DNA from: an uncultured beta proteobacterium
GTDB lineage: Bacteria > Pseudomonadota > Gammaproteobacteria > Burkholderiales > Casimicrobiaceae
NCBI GenBank assembly: GCA_963726765.1
Contig: CAVSDH010000001.1
Coordinates: forward strand, 10,900-74,899
Direction: 5' to 3'
DNA length: 64,000 bases
This document shows positions 53,132 to 61,820 of this stretch, piece after piece. A program made the position numbers and the translations under genes. Under the pieces are notes generated by a model. It saw nothing but the letters and a program-made list of their open reading frames with translations, ran no database searches and was not told the origin of the DNA. Position 1 is the stretch's first letter. Each line of letters opens with the position of its first letter.

Positions 53132-54535
53132 TCAGCCGCGGGACCTCGTGATGGTGGCTCCGGCGGTCCCGCGGGCGAGCGTGAGGCTGACGTCGTCGCC
53201 AATGGCGAGTTTCGAGGCATCCTCCACGATTGCGCCGTCGGCGGCGGTCACCATCGCGTAGCCGCGCTCCAGCACACCCTGCGGATTGAGATGCGCGAGA
53301 TTCTGCGCCAGCGTGCCGAGCCGCAGGTCGAGTCGCTCGTGCCGGAACAGAAGCGCGCGGGTAAGCGCCGATGCGGCGAGCGGCAGGCGCTCGGCTTGCG
53401 GGAGGGGCTGGGCAAGCCGCCACGCGAAGCGACGTGCGAGCGCGCCGATGCCGGAGAATGTCACGTCGAGTCGATTGCGGTACGCGCGCGCCAGGCGCCC
53501 GGCGAGCAGCGAAGCATCGCGCCCCTGTTGCTCGAGGCGCGCGGCCGGATGCGTGAGGCGGCGCGCAAGGCCGTCCATGCGCTGCATCATCGCTTCCGTC
53601 CACCGCAACTGCGCCTGTCGCCAACGGCCGGCGAACGCCGCGACATGCCGCAGGACGGCGTCGCGATCAGGGGCGACGAGCGCTGCTGCGCCCGTTGGTG
53701 TGGGAGCGCGCGCGTCGGCGACGAAATCGCAGATCGTGAAATCGGTTTCGTGGCCGACGCCGGATACCACCGGCAAAGCCGACTCGTGGACGGCGCGCGC
53801 GACGCTCTCCTCGTTGAAGGCCCAGAGATCCTCGATGGAACCGCCGCCGCGCGCAACGATCAGCACGTCGACCTCCGCGCGCTCGTTGGCGGTGCGGATT
53901 GCCTGCGCGATCGAAGCCGCGGCACCGTCGCCCTGTACCGGCGTGGCGTAGACGACGACCGCCAGGGCCGGCCACCGCCGCTTCAATGTCGACAACAGGT
54001 CGCGCAAGGCGGCTGCACGCGTCGAGGTAACGATGCCCACTGCGCGTGGGTAGGGGGGGAGCGGTCGCTTGCGTTCCGGAGCGAACCACCCGTCGGCCTC
54101 GAGCCGGGCCTTCAGGCGTGCAAATTTCTCGTACAGCGCACCTTGCCCGGCCAGGCGCACGGTTTCGACGTTGAGCTGGAACTCGCCGCGGGCCTCGTAT
54201 ATCGATGCCGTGGCGCGGACCTCGACGGCGAGGCCGTCACGGAGCGCGAAATCGGCGAATTGCGCCCGATGGCGGAAAAACACGCAGCGCACCTGCGCCT
54301 GCGCATCCTTCAGGTTGAAATAGCAATGACCAGACGCCGCGCGCGTGAAATTCGAGATTTCGCCTGCGACCCAGACGAGCCCGAGGTGGCGCTCGAGGAT
54401 GAGCCGCGCCGAGCTCACGAGCAGAGAGACCGGAAGGATGGGGGGCGCAGCGGGCATGTCAGCGGGAGCCACCCGCGTGTTTGCCGTTGAATCGAGGACC
54501 CCGCCCAGCGGCGGTCGAGGGACGCGTGACGTCAT
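53132..54535 (-). CDS. xseA: Exodeoxyribonuclease VII large subunit
   Basis: OB-fold N-terminus (LGLVWVAGEISNFTRAASGHCYFNLKD) and the catalytic region (IVARGGGSIEDLWAFNEE, PVVSGVGHETDFTI). The start may be the Met at 54457. Confidence 0.9.
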   Translation of the reverse strand: MTSRVPRPPLGGVLDSTANTRVAPADMPAAPPILPVSLLVSSARLILERHLGLVWVAGEISNFTRAASGHCYFNLKDAQAQVRCVFFRHRAQFADFALRDGLAVEVRATASIYEARGEFQLNVETVRLAGQGALYEKFARLKARLEADGWFAPERKRPLPPYPRAVGIVTSTRAAALRDLLSTLKRRWPALAVVVYATPVQGDGAAASIAQAIRTANERAEVDVLIVARGGGSIEDLWAFNEESVARAVHESALPVVSGVGHETDFTICDFVADARAPTPTGAAALVAPDRDAVLRHVAAFAGRWRQAQLRWTEAMMQRMDGLARRLTHPAARLEQQGRDASLLAGRLARAYRNRLDVTFSGIGALARRFAWRLAQPLPQAERLPLAASALTRALLFRHERLDLRLGTLAQNLAHLNPQGVLERGYAMVTAADGAIVEDASKLAIGDDVSLTLARGTAGATITRSRG

Positions 54536-54790
54536 CGGGGCCCGCGTTTACGTCGGGCGCTTCGGCAGTGCGCGAGTCATTTTGTCCATGACAATAAGGG
54601 GCGATGTTTAACCCGCGTAACAATCATCGAGGGCCGAATCGGCGCCCGAAATGCCATGCATCGGCTCCTTGCGAGTATGTGTTAATAGCATGATTTCATT
54701 GCATAAAAAAGCGGTGTGAAATTGGGCACGCGAAGGATTTTTCCGGCCTGGGCACTACTTAGCGTCCGAATTTACAAGATACGCACAATT

Positions 54791-54813
54791 TTATCCACAG
54801 GATTTGTGGACAA
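54791..54813. promoter_or_regulatory. Inverted pair of DnaA boxes
   Basis: TTATCCACA (54791-54799, perfect consensus), then 5 nt, then TGTGGACAA (54805-54813; TTGTCCACA on the minus strand, 1 mismatch). Confidence 0.6.
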
Positions 54814-54903
54814 CCCTTCTGCGGCGACAATCCCGATCCCGCGCAAAGCCTTTGCTGGTGCGGGATTCCGGGTCTCCGGCGTCGCGCACTGGGAACTCGG
54901 TCA

Positions 54904-54932
54904 ATGACGGGTTTCGGCACACGCGCTAGAAT
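54904..54932 (+). promoter_or_regulatory. Putative sigma-70 promoter of glnS
   Basis: ATGACG-17 nt-TAGAAT, about 37 nt upstream of the glnS ATG. Assigned by pattern only. Confidence 0.4.
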
Positions 54933-54968
54933 GCACGACCGTGTGCGATTGTTCATGAACAAACGACA

Positions 54969-56833
54969 ATGAATGCTGCGCCGCCGCATCCGTCGGCCGC
55001 CCCCAGCGGTAACCGATTCTCTGCCGCAGCGCCACCAACGGCTGCGCCGACACTCAGTTCGAACTTCCTTCGCGCGATCATTGCCGAGGATAACCGAACC
55101 GGCAAATACGGCGGGAAAGTGGTCACTCGCTTCCCGCCTGAACCAAACGGATACCTGCACTATGGGCACGCAAAGTCGATCATCCTCAATTTCGGCCTTG
55201 CGGCGGAGAACGGCGGGGTCTGTCATCTCAGGTTCGACGACACCAATCCACTGAAGGAGGACGTCGAGTACGAGGACTCGATCGCGGGGGCCGTCCGCTG
55301 GCTGGGCTACGACTGGGGCGCGCATCGCTACCACGCGTCGGATTACTACGATGCGCTCTATGTGTTTGCCGAATGGTTCATCGAGCACGGACTCGCCTAT
55401 GTCGACAGCCAATCGGCCGCGGAGATGCGTGCGCTGCGCGGCACGTTGACAGTGGCCGGCCGCGCGAGCCCGTGGCGCGATCGCCCGATTGCCGAGAGTC
55501 TCGATCTTTTCCGTCGCATGCGCGCAGGCGAGTTTCCGGACGGCGCTCACGTGCTGCGGCTCAAGATCGACATGGCGAGCCCGAACGTCAACCTGCGCGA
55601 CCCGGCGATCTACCGGATCCGGCACGCCAGTCATCACCGCACCGGCGACAAGTGGTGCGTGTATCCGCTTTACGACTACACGCACTGCATCAGCGACGCG
55701 CTCGAGCGGATAACGCATTCGATCTGCACGCTCGAGTTCCAGGATCATCGACCGCTGTACGACTGGATCATCGACAAGCTGGCCGAAGGCGGTCAGCTCG
55801 AGCGGCCGCTGCCGCAGCAACACGAATTCGCGCGCCTCAACCTGACCTATGTCGTGCTGTCGAAGCGGCGGCTGATCGAACTGGTATCCAAGGGTCACGT
55901 GGAGGGCTGGGATGACCCCCGAATGCCGACCCTCGTCGGCGCGCGGCGGCGCGGGTTCACGCCTGAGGGCTTCCAGATCTTCGCCGAGCGCATCGGCGTG
56001 TCGAAATCCGATTCGTGGATCGACATGAGCGTGCTCGAGGATTGCATGCGCGACGATCTCAACGCCCGCGCGCCGCGGCGTATCGCCGTGCTCGATCCGG
56101 TCAAGCTCGTGATCGACAATTTTCCCGCCGATGCCAGCGAGGAATGCTTCGCCCCCAACCATCCGCACCATCCGGAGCTGGGGCGGCGCTCGCTTCCGTT
56201 GACGCGCGAACTGTGGATCGAGCGCGACGATTACGTCGAGAATCCGCCGAAAGGCTACTTTCGCCTGGCGCCGGGCGCCGAGGCCCGCCTGCGCTACGGC
56301 TACATCGTGCGGTGCGTCGGCGCCGAGAAGGATGCTGCCGGCAACGTCACGGTCGTGCACTGCACGTACGATCCCGGCGACGAAGAGCGGCACGCCGGGC
56401 GCCGACGCGCGCAAGGTGAAGGGCAACATTCATTGGCTGTCCGTCGGCCCACGCGGTGCCGTCGGAAGTGCGACTCTACGACCGGCTGTTCGCCGTGCCG
56501 TTTCCCGGTTCGCGCAATCCGCATGGCGCGCGCACGGAAGGCGAATCTCCCGAAACGGCGCTTGCGCACGCGGTTGTGGTCGCGGGCGACGTCGACGACG
56601 ACGACGATACGACTGCCGCCCCGGTCGAGCGCGACTATCTCGACGACCTCAATCCTGCGTCCAGGCGCGTCATCACCGCCTTCGTCGAAGCGGCGCTGGC
56701 AGAAGCTGCGCCGGAAGACCGCTTCCAGTTCGAGCGCCACGGGTATTTCGTCGCCGACCTGGTCGAACACCGGCCGGGCAAGCCGGTATTCGATCGCACA
56801 GTCACGCTGCGCGATTCCTGGGCCAAGCCTTAG
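54969..56833 (+). pseudogene. glnS: Glutaminyl-tRNA synthetase; two +1 frame breaks (near 56373-56379 and 56446-56451)
   Basis: HIGH motif (PEPNGYLHYGHAKS) and KMSKS-like motif (VVLSKRRL). After ...VVHCTYDP the sequence continues as TKSGTPGADARKVKGNIHWLSV in ORF 56332... It then continues as HAVPSEVRLYDRLFAVP...FQFERHGYFVAD...RTVTLRDSWAKP in ORF 56456..56833. Confidence 0.9.
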
Positions 56834-56921
56834 CGCCCGGCGGTGGCGCGACCTCGAGTTTCAGTTGCCGGCGCCGGTACGCTAAGATGACGCCCGCCGA
56901 ATCGAATCCCGAGGATCCACA

Positions 56922-57797
56922 ATGAAGCGCGTCGTGCTGTTTATCGTTACGAACCTTGCGGTCGTGCTCGTCCTGTCGATCGTCCTGCGCCTGCTGGGAC
57001 TCGATCGCGCAATGGCCAGCCAGACCGGCATGTCCACCGGTGGCCTGCTCGTGTTCTCCGCCGTCGTCGGATTTACCGGCGCGATCGTCTCCCTGCTGAT
57101 GTCGAAGTCGATGGCGAAGTGGTCGACCGGCGCGCAGGTGATCGCGCAGCCGGGCAACGAAGCCGAGGCCTGGCTGGTCGAGACCGTGCGCAAGCTCGCA
57201 ACCAAGGCCGGCATCGGCATGCCGGAAGTCGCCATCTACGAGGGCGCGGCAAACGCGTTCGCCACCGGCGCGTTCCGCAATTCGGCGTTGGTCGCCGTGT
57301 CCACCGGGCTTTTGCAGTCGATGAACAAGGAGGAGGTCGAGGCGGTGCTCGGCCACGAGATCGGGCACGTGGCCAACGGCGACATGGTGACGCTTACGTT
57401 GATACAGGGAGTGGTGAACACGTTTGTCGTGTTCTTCGCGCGCATCATCGGCTCGATCGTGGACCGGACGGTGTTTCGCACCGAGCGCGGCAACGGTCCG
57501 GGATACTTCATCACGGTGATCGTCGCCCAGATCGTGCTGGGCATTCTCGCGTCGATGATCGTCGCCTGGTTCTCCCGCCGGCGCGAATTCCACGCCGACG
57601 CCGCCAGCGCGCAGTATCTCGGCACGCCGTCGCCCATGGTCAACGCGCTTCGCCGGCTGGGCGGGATCGAGCCGGGCGCGCTGCCGCAGTCGATGTCCGG
57701 ATTCGGCATCACGGACAAGGGCGGGATCATGTCGCTCTTCGCCACGCACCCGCCGATCGAGGAACGCATCGCGGCGCTGCAGCGCACGGGCGCCTAG
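56922..57797 (+). CDS. htpX: Membrane zinc protease HtpX
   Basis: 291 aa with four TM helices, HEIGH ([13 protein letters not shown]), and a C-terminal [15 protein letters not shown]. Confidence 0.93.
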   Translation: MKRVVLFIVTNLAVVLVLSIVLRLLGLDRAMASQTGMSTGGLLVFSAVVGFTGAIVSLLMSKSMAKWSTGAQVIAQPGNEAEAWLVETVRKLATKAGIGMPEVAIYEGAANAFATGAFRNSALVAVSTGLLQSMNKEEVEAVLGHEIGHVANGDMVTLTLIQGVVNTFVVFFARIIGSIVDRTVFRTERGNGPGYFITVIVAQIVLGILASMIVAWFSRRREFHADAASAQYLGTPSPMVNALRRLGGIEPGALPQSMSGFGITDKGGIMSLFATHPPIEERIAALQRTGA

Positions 57798-57798
57798 A

Positions 57799-58029
57799 TT
57801 GCAGAAGTTCAAGATCGAGGTCGAGGACGGCCGGGGCCTGTGGAGCGACGTTCGCGGCCCTGACGGGGCGATACTCGTCTTCGACAAGGAAGATGATGCG
57901 CGCGCGAAGCTCGCGGCGCTCTTCCCGGTGCTGGTGCAGATGGAGAAGTACGCGGGCGGCAAACGCACGCGTGTCATCAGAATTCTCGAGGACGAGGACG
58001 ACTGGCCACAGCGACCGCAGAAACGATGA
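57799..58029 (+). CDS. Hypothetical small protein (76 aa, TTG start one base after the htpX stop)
   Basis: G/C-rich third positions and an acidic, soluble-looking sequence (MQKFKIEVEDGRGLWSDVRGPDGAILVFDKEDDARAKL...). No family recognised. Confidence 0.45.
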   Translation: MQKFKIEVEDGRGLWSDVRGPDGAILVFDKEDDARAKLAALFPVLVQMEKYAGGKRTRVIRILEDEDDWPQRPQKR

Positions 58030-58090
58030 GTGCGTCGACGGGCGCCCTGGCGAGCCTCGATCGTGACGTCGCAAACAGCGGGAGAATGAC

Positions 58091-58709
58091 ATGATCGACC
58101 TCTACACCTGGCAAACGTCGAACGGGCAACGCGCTGCGATCATGCTCGAGGAATGCGGGTTTCCGTACCGCGTTCACCGGATCGACCTCTTCAAGGGCGA
58201 GCAGCAGAACGCGGAGTTCCTCCGGATAAATCCCGCCGGCGCGATTCCGGCGATCGTGGATCCGCAGGGGCCGGCCGGCCGTCCGATAACGCTTGCACAG
58301 TCGGGCGCGATTGCCCTCTATCTTGCGGAAAAGGCCGGGCGCTTCATCCCCAGCGATCCGACGCAGCGCGTGATCACCATGCAGTGGTTCATGTTCGCCA
58401 TGACGGATCTCGCGCCGGCGTCCGCCAACCTGTTCCTGCTGGGCGTGCGCGCACCCGAAAAATCGCCGGCCAATCTTGCGTGGCTCGACGAACGCCTGCT
58501 CCGCTACGCGCGGATTGCGGATGCGAGGCTCGCGGGACGGGACTGGCTCGCCGATGATTTGTCGATCGCCGATTTTGCGCTATACCCGATCTATGCCGTC
58601 CGCAAGGCGCAGCTCGACGCTGCGGGCGGGTTCGCCAACCTCGCGCGTTGGGGAGCGGCGATCGCCGAAGAGGCCTCTCGTCGCCAAGGCGATGAAGGCC
58701 GCCGACTGA
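58091..58709 (+). pseudogene. Glutathione S-transferase; frame broken near 58667-58675
   Basis: GST N-terminal fold (MIDLYTWQTSNGQRAAIMLEE..., INPAGAIPAIVD, ESGAIALYLAEK-like). The expected tail RPLVAKAMKAAD* is in the frame of ORF 58476..58709. The 732-aa track ORF is read-through antisense to the next gene. Confidence 0.8.
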
Positions 58710-58735
58710 CCGCTCGCCGCGTCCGGCGCGATCGC

Positions 58736-60208
58736 TCAGCGGGAAGACTTGCGCAGGAGGCGGTAGTCGCCGAATTCACCCATCGGCACGAGTTGCTCAC
58801 CGGTGGCCGCCATCACGCGCGCAAGGTCGCCGGAACGAATCGCGAGATAGCCCGCAGCTTCAGCGTCGAGCAGCGGCGCGAGAGCGGCTACGTCGGGCAC
58901 CGACACTGCCTTGCCTCGGGAATAGAAATCGGCCGATGGCGGAGGACGGCCCACGTAAGTGAGTCGCTCCCGGTCGTTCGCGCGCGTCGTCATCCACGTC
59001 CGGACGAGCGCCTTGTGCGAAAACACCGTCTCGAACCGATTGCGCTCCACGAAGACGCCGGCGACGAACAGGACCGGAACGGCGATGCACGTCAGGAGCA
59101 GCATGCGCACGGCGGGCCGCAACGTGCCCACGTCATCCGCGTGCGGATGCCAGAGATCCCCGATCAGCAACGCGAACGCCGGCAATCCCGGAAGCACGTA
59201 AGTCGCGAGAATGTTTCCGGAGACCGTGAAAAAGACCATTGGCGCGACGGTCCACATCAACAGGTAGAGGCGCCACGGATCGCCGACGAGCGCAGCGGCA
59301 TTCGCTCGCCGGCGTGCCAGCGCGCGGACGAGCCACGCGAGCGCGAGCGCCGACCAGGGCAACGCGGCGGCGATCCCGTAGAGCCAGATCATCCCTCGCG
59401 GCCGTGCGTGCGCTGCGCCGTAGAGATCGCCCTTCCAGCCGGGCTCGACAAATCGCTTCCAGTGCTCGCCGACAAGGAAGTAGTCGAGGAACCCCGGCGT
59501 CGCGCGTTCCGCGGCCACGTACCACGGGATGACGAGCGCAGCGGTCAGCAGCAGTCCCCCGATCCAAGGGAGCCGCGTCCACGCGTCGCGCCAGCGCCGC
59601 GACACCAGCGTCCAGACGCCGATCGGCAGCACCGTCAGCACGATGGCGATGGGACCCTTGGCGAGCAGGCCGATCGCGAGGCCGAGAAAGAACGACGTCG
59701 CGGCCGCGCCGCGATATCGATCCGGTCCGCATACCGAGATCCAGAATCCGGTCATCGACATCGTCGTGCCAAGGGCCAGCGCCGGATCCGTCATCACGGC
59801 GCCCGCGGCGACGAACACGAGCCCGGTGGACGCAGTGAGGGACAGCGTCCAAAGGCTCTGGTCACGGCCGCCGCGCAGCGCCGCGAGCACTGCAATCAGC
59901 GCGCCGCACGCGAGGGCGAGAATGAACGAAGGCAACCGCGCCGCGAATTCGCCGACGCCCAACGCCGCCATCGCCATGGCCGAGAGCCACGTCGACAGCG
60001 GCGGTTTTCCCCAGAACGGCACGCCGTAGTCGAACTGCGGCGTGAGCCAGGCGCCTGTCTCGAGCATCTTGCGCGCGATCTCGGCATAGCGCGACTCGGT
60101 CGAATCCATCAGCGGATACGCGCCGAGCGTCGCGAGCCGCACCGCGACCACGACGACGAGGACGAGCGTGAGCGCGCGACGCTCGCGCGTGGTCAGGACG
60201 AAGGCCAT
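58736..60208 (-). CDS. GT-C (family 39, ArnT/PMT-like) polyprenyl-phosphate-sugar-dependent glycosyltransferase
   Basis: ATG 60208 within ORF 58736..61294 gives 490 aa. It has an N-terminal DSTESRYAEIARKMLETGAWLTP motif, about 11 TM helices and a periplasmic C-terminal domain. Confidence 0.8.
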   Translation of the reverse strand: MAFVLTTRERRALTLVLVVVVAVRLATLGAYPLMDSTESRYAEIARKMLETGAWLTPQFDYGVPFWGKPPLSTWLSAMAMAALGVGEFAARLPSFILALACGALIAVLAALRGGRDQSLWTLSLTASTGLVFVAAGAVMTDPALALGTTMSMTGFWISVCGPDRYRGAAATSFFLGLAIGLLAKGPIAIVLTVLPIGVWTLVSRRWRDAWTRLPWIGGLLLTAALVIPWYVAAERATPGFLDYFLVGEHWKRFVEPGWKGDLYGAAHARPRGMIWLYGIAAALPWSALALAWLVRALARRRANAAALVGDPWRLYLLMWTVAPMVFFTVSGNILATYVLPGLPAFALLIGDLWHPHADDVGTLRPAVRMLLLTCIAVPVLFVAGVFVERNRFETVFSHKALVRTWMTTRANDRERLTYVGRPPPSADFYSRGKAVSVPDVAALAPLLDAEAAGYLAIRSGDLARVMAATGEQLVPMGEFGDYRLLRKSSR

Positions 60209-61236
60209 GGCCCCGTCGGCACCTCGCCGTGCGCGGGCTCCGGCGCTGCGACGGGGCGCAACGCCGGCAGGCGACGCTGCACGAGGTAGAGCGGGCGCTG
60301 CTTGACCTCGATGAACATGCGGGCGAGATATTCGCCGATGATGCCGAGCGCCATCAGCTGAAGTCCGCCAAGGAAGAGGACGACCGTGATGAGTGTCGGG
60401 TAGCCCTGGACGGGATCTCCGTAGAGCAGCGTCTTGCCGACGACGAACGCGCCGTAGGCGAACGCCGCCAACGAAGTCGCGACGCCGACATAACTCGCGG
60501 CCTTGAGCGGGACCACGGAAAACGATGTGATGCCCTCGAGCGCGAAATTCCACAGCCGCCAGTAGTTCCACTTGGTCTCGCCGGCGTGACGCCCGTCGCG
60601 GTCGTACTCGATTTCGCGGCAGGGGTACCCGATCCACGCGAACAGCCCCTTCATGAACCGGCTGCGCTCCGGAAATCGGCGCAATGCGCTCACCGCACGG
60701 CGCGACAGGAGCCGGAAATCCCCGACGTTTTCCGGAATGTCGATCGACCCCATGCGGCCCATCGAGCGGTAGAAAGCACGCGCGGTCGCCTTCTTGAGCC
60801 AGCTTTCCTGCGCGCGGCTCCGGCGACGCATCAGCACGACGTCGTGACCCTCGCGCCAGGCCCGGACCATGTCGGGAATGAGTTCGGGCGGGTCCTGCAG
60901 GTCGGCGTCGATGATGATCACGGCGTCGCCGTTCGCGTGATCGAGACCGGCGCTCATCGCCACTTCCTTGCCGAAGTTGCGCGAGAGGTCGACGACCGTG
61001 ACCCGCGGGTCGGAATCGTGCAATGTCGTCAGCAGCGCCATCGACGCGTCGCCGCTGCCGTCGTTGACGTAGACGATCTCGATTGCCGCGGCAAGCGTGT
61101 CGAGGACGGTGCAGAGACGCCGGTGAAATTCCGGCAGCACAGCCACCTCGTTGAAGACCGGGACGACCACGGAGACCGAGCCTGGGGCCAAGACATCCAC
61201 GGCGGGAGCGTTGCGGCCGGGTATCAGAACGTCCAT
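60193..61236 (-). CDS. GT2 polyprenyl-phosphate glycosyltransferase (ArnC/GtrB-like)
   Basis: Motifs: VSVVVPVFNE, YVNDGSGD, IIIDADLQDPPE. Two C-terminal TM helices. It overlaps both neighbouring genes. Confidence 0.88.
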   Translation of the reverse strand: MDVLIPGRNAPAVDVLAPGSVSVVVPVFNEVAVLPEFHRRLCTVLDTLAAAIEIVYVNDGSGDASMALLTTLHDSDPRVTVVDLSRNFGKEVAMSAGLDHANGDAVIIIDADLQDPPELIPDMVRAWREGHDVVLMRRRSRAQESWLKKATARAFYRSMGRMGSIDIPENVGDFRLLSRRAVSALRRFPERSRFMKGLFAWIGYPCREIEYDRDGRHAGETKWNYWRLWNFALEGITSFSVVPLKAASYVGVATSLAAFAYGAFVVGKTLLYGDPVQGYPTLITVVLFLGGLQLMALGIIGEYLARMFIEVKQRPLYLVQRRLPALRPVAAPEPAHGEVPTGPWPSS

Positions 61237-61625
61237 GTCCGATTCGCGAGGTAACCGGCCGCCAGCACGGTTCCGGTGGCGACCACTTGCGCAACGAGAT
61301 AGTGCGGTCCCGCGACGGCCAGCACGGCCGCCATCACGAGTGCGTTGAGCGCGATTCCGGCCAGGGCGACCAGCGCGAAGCGCGGCAACGCTCGGCTGTG
61401 CGGACGGCCGCTGGCAAACGTGTAACGATGGTTCAGCGCGTAGTTGACGACCGCTCCGGTGACGGCGCCCGCCGTCGAGGCGACGACCGCATCGATGCGA
61501 GCGAGTTGCACGAGACCGATCAGCATCGCGTAGTGGAACCCGGTGCCGATTGCGCCGGCGCCCGCATAGCGCAGGAATTGCTGCGCCATCGGTGACGAAA
61601 GCGGAGCTGGCTCTGGCGTGGGCAT
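61224..61625 (-). CDS. GtrA-family membrane protein (putative lipid-linked sugar flippase)
   Basis: FLRYAGAGAIGTGFHYAMLIGLV...NYALNHRYTF...YLANRTWTF with four TM helices. Start chosen at the Met at 61625; the alternatives are 61589 and 61757. Confidence 0.75.
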   Translation of the reverse strand: MPTPEPAPLSSPMAQQFLRYAGAGAIGTGFHYAMLIGLVQLARIDAVVASTAGAVTGAVVNYALNHRYTFASGRPHSRALPRFALVALAGIALNALVMAAVLAVAGPHYLVAQVVATGTVLAAGYLANRTWTF

Positions 61626-61820
61626 CGGTCGGCGCGGGCGAAATCCGCGGCGCGCGGGCCGCCGCAATGGAACTCTACCTCGTCCGCGCCCGGTTTGTCC
61701 GCTTGCCGTGCGCCGCGAAGGCGGCCGTCGCGCAAAGGCGGCCGGGGAAAAAATCACGGCCGGCGGGAGTTACCCGGCCGGCCGTGGCATCGCGTCCCTG
61801 GTGCAGGGCGCGGGCGCAGC

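Noticed and set aside
54722-54764. Two TGGGCAC-containing sequences that resemble sigma-54 -24 elements (ttGGGCACGcgaa..., ctGGGCACtact...).
   Set aside because: Neither has a GC (-12) element at the required spacing. The positions where TTGC should lie read GGAT and AGCG.
54640-54830. Possible chromosomal replication origin, suggested by a perfect DnaA box and locally AT-richer DNA.
   Set aside because: Only two DnaA boxes are visible. There is no cluster of additional boxes, no repeated AT-rich 13-mer-like unwinding element, and none of the usual flanking genes (dnaA, dnaN, rpmH, gidA, parAB). It is kept only as a DnaA-binding-site finding.
54716-54907. A 63-aa ORF inside the xseA/glnS spacer, and the ORFs 43482..43895 (-) and 43499..44926 (+) around the sigma-54 locus.
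   Set aside because: They have no RBS, atypical composition (low G/C at third positions, or Arg-rich), and they overlap regulatory DNA or run antisense to thyA. No family resemblance was found.
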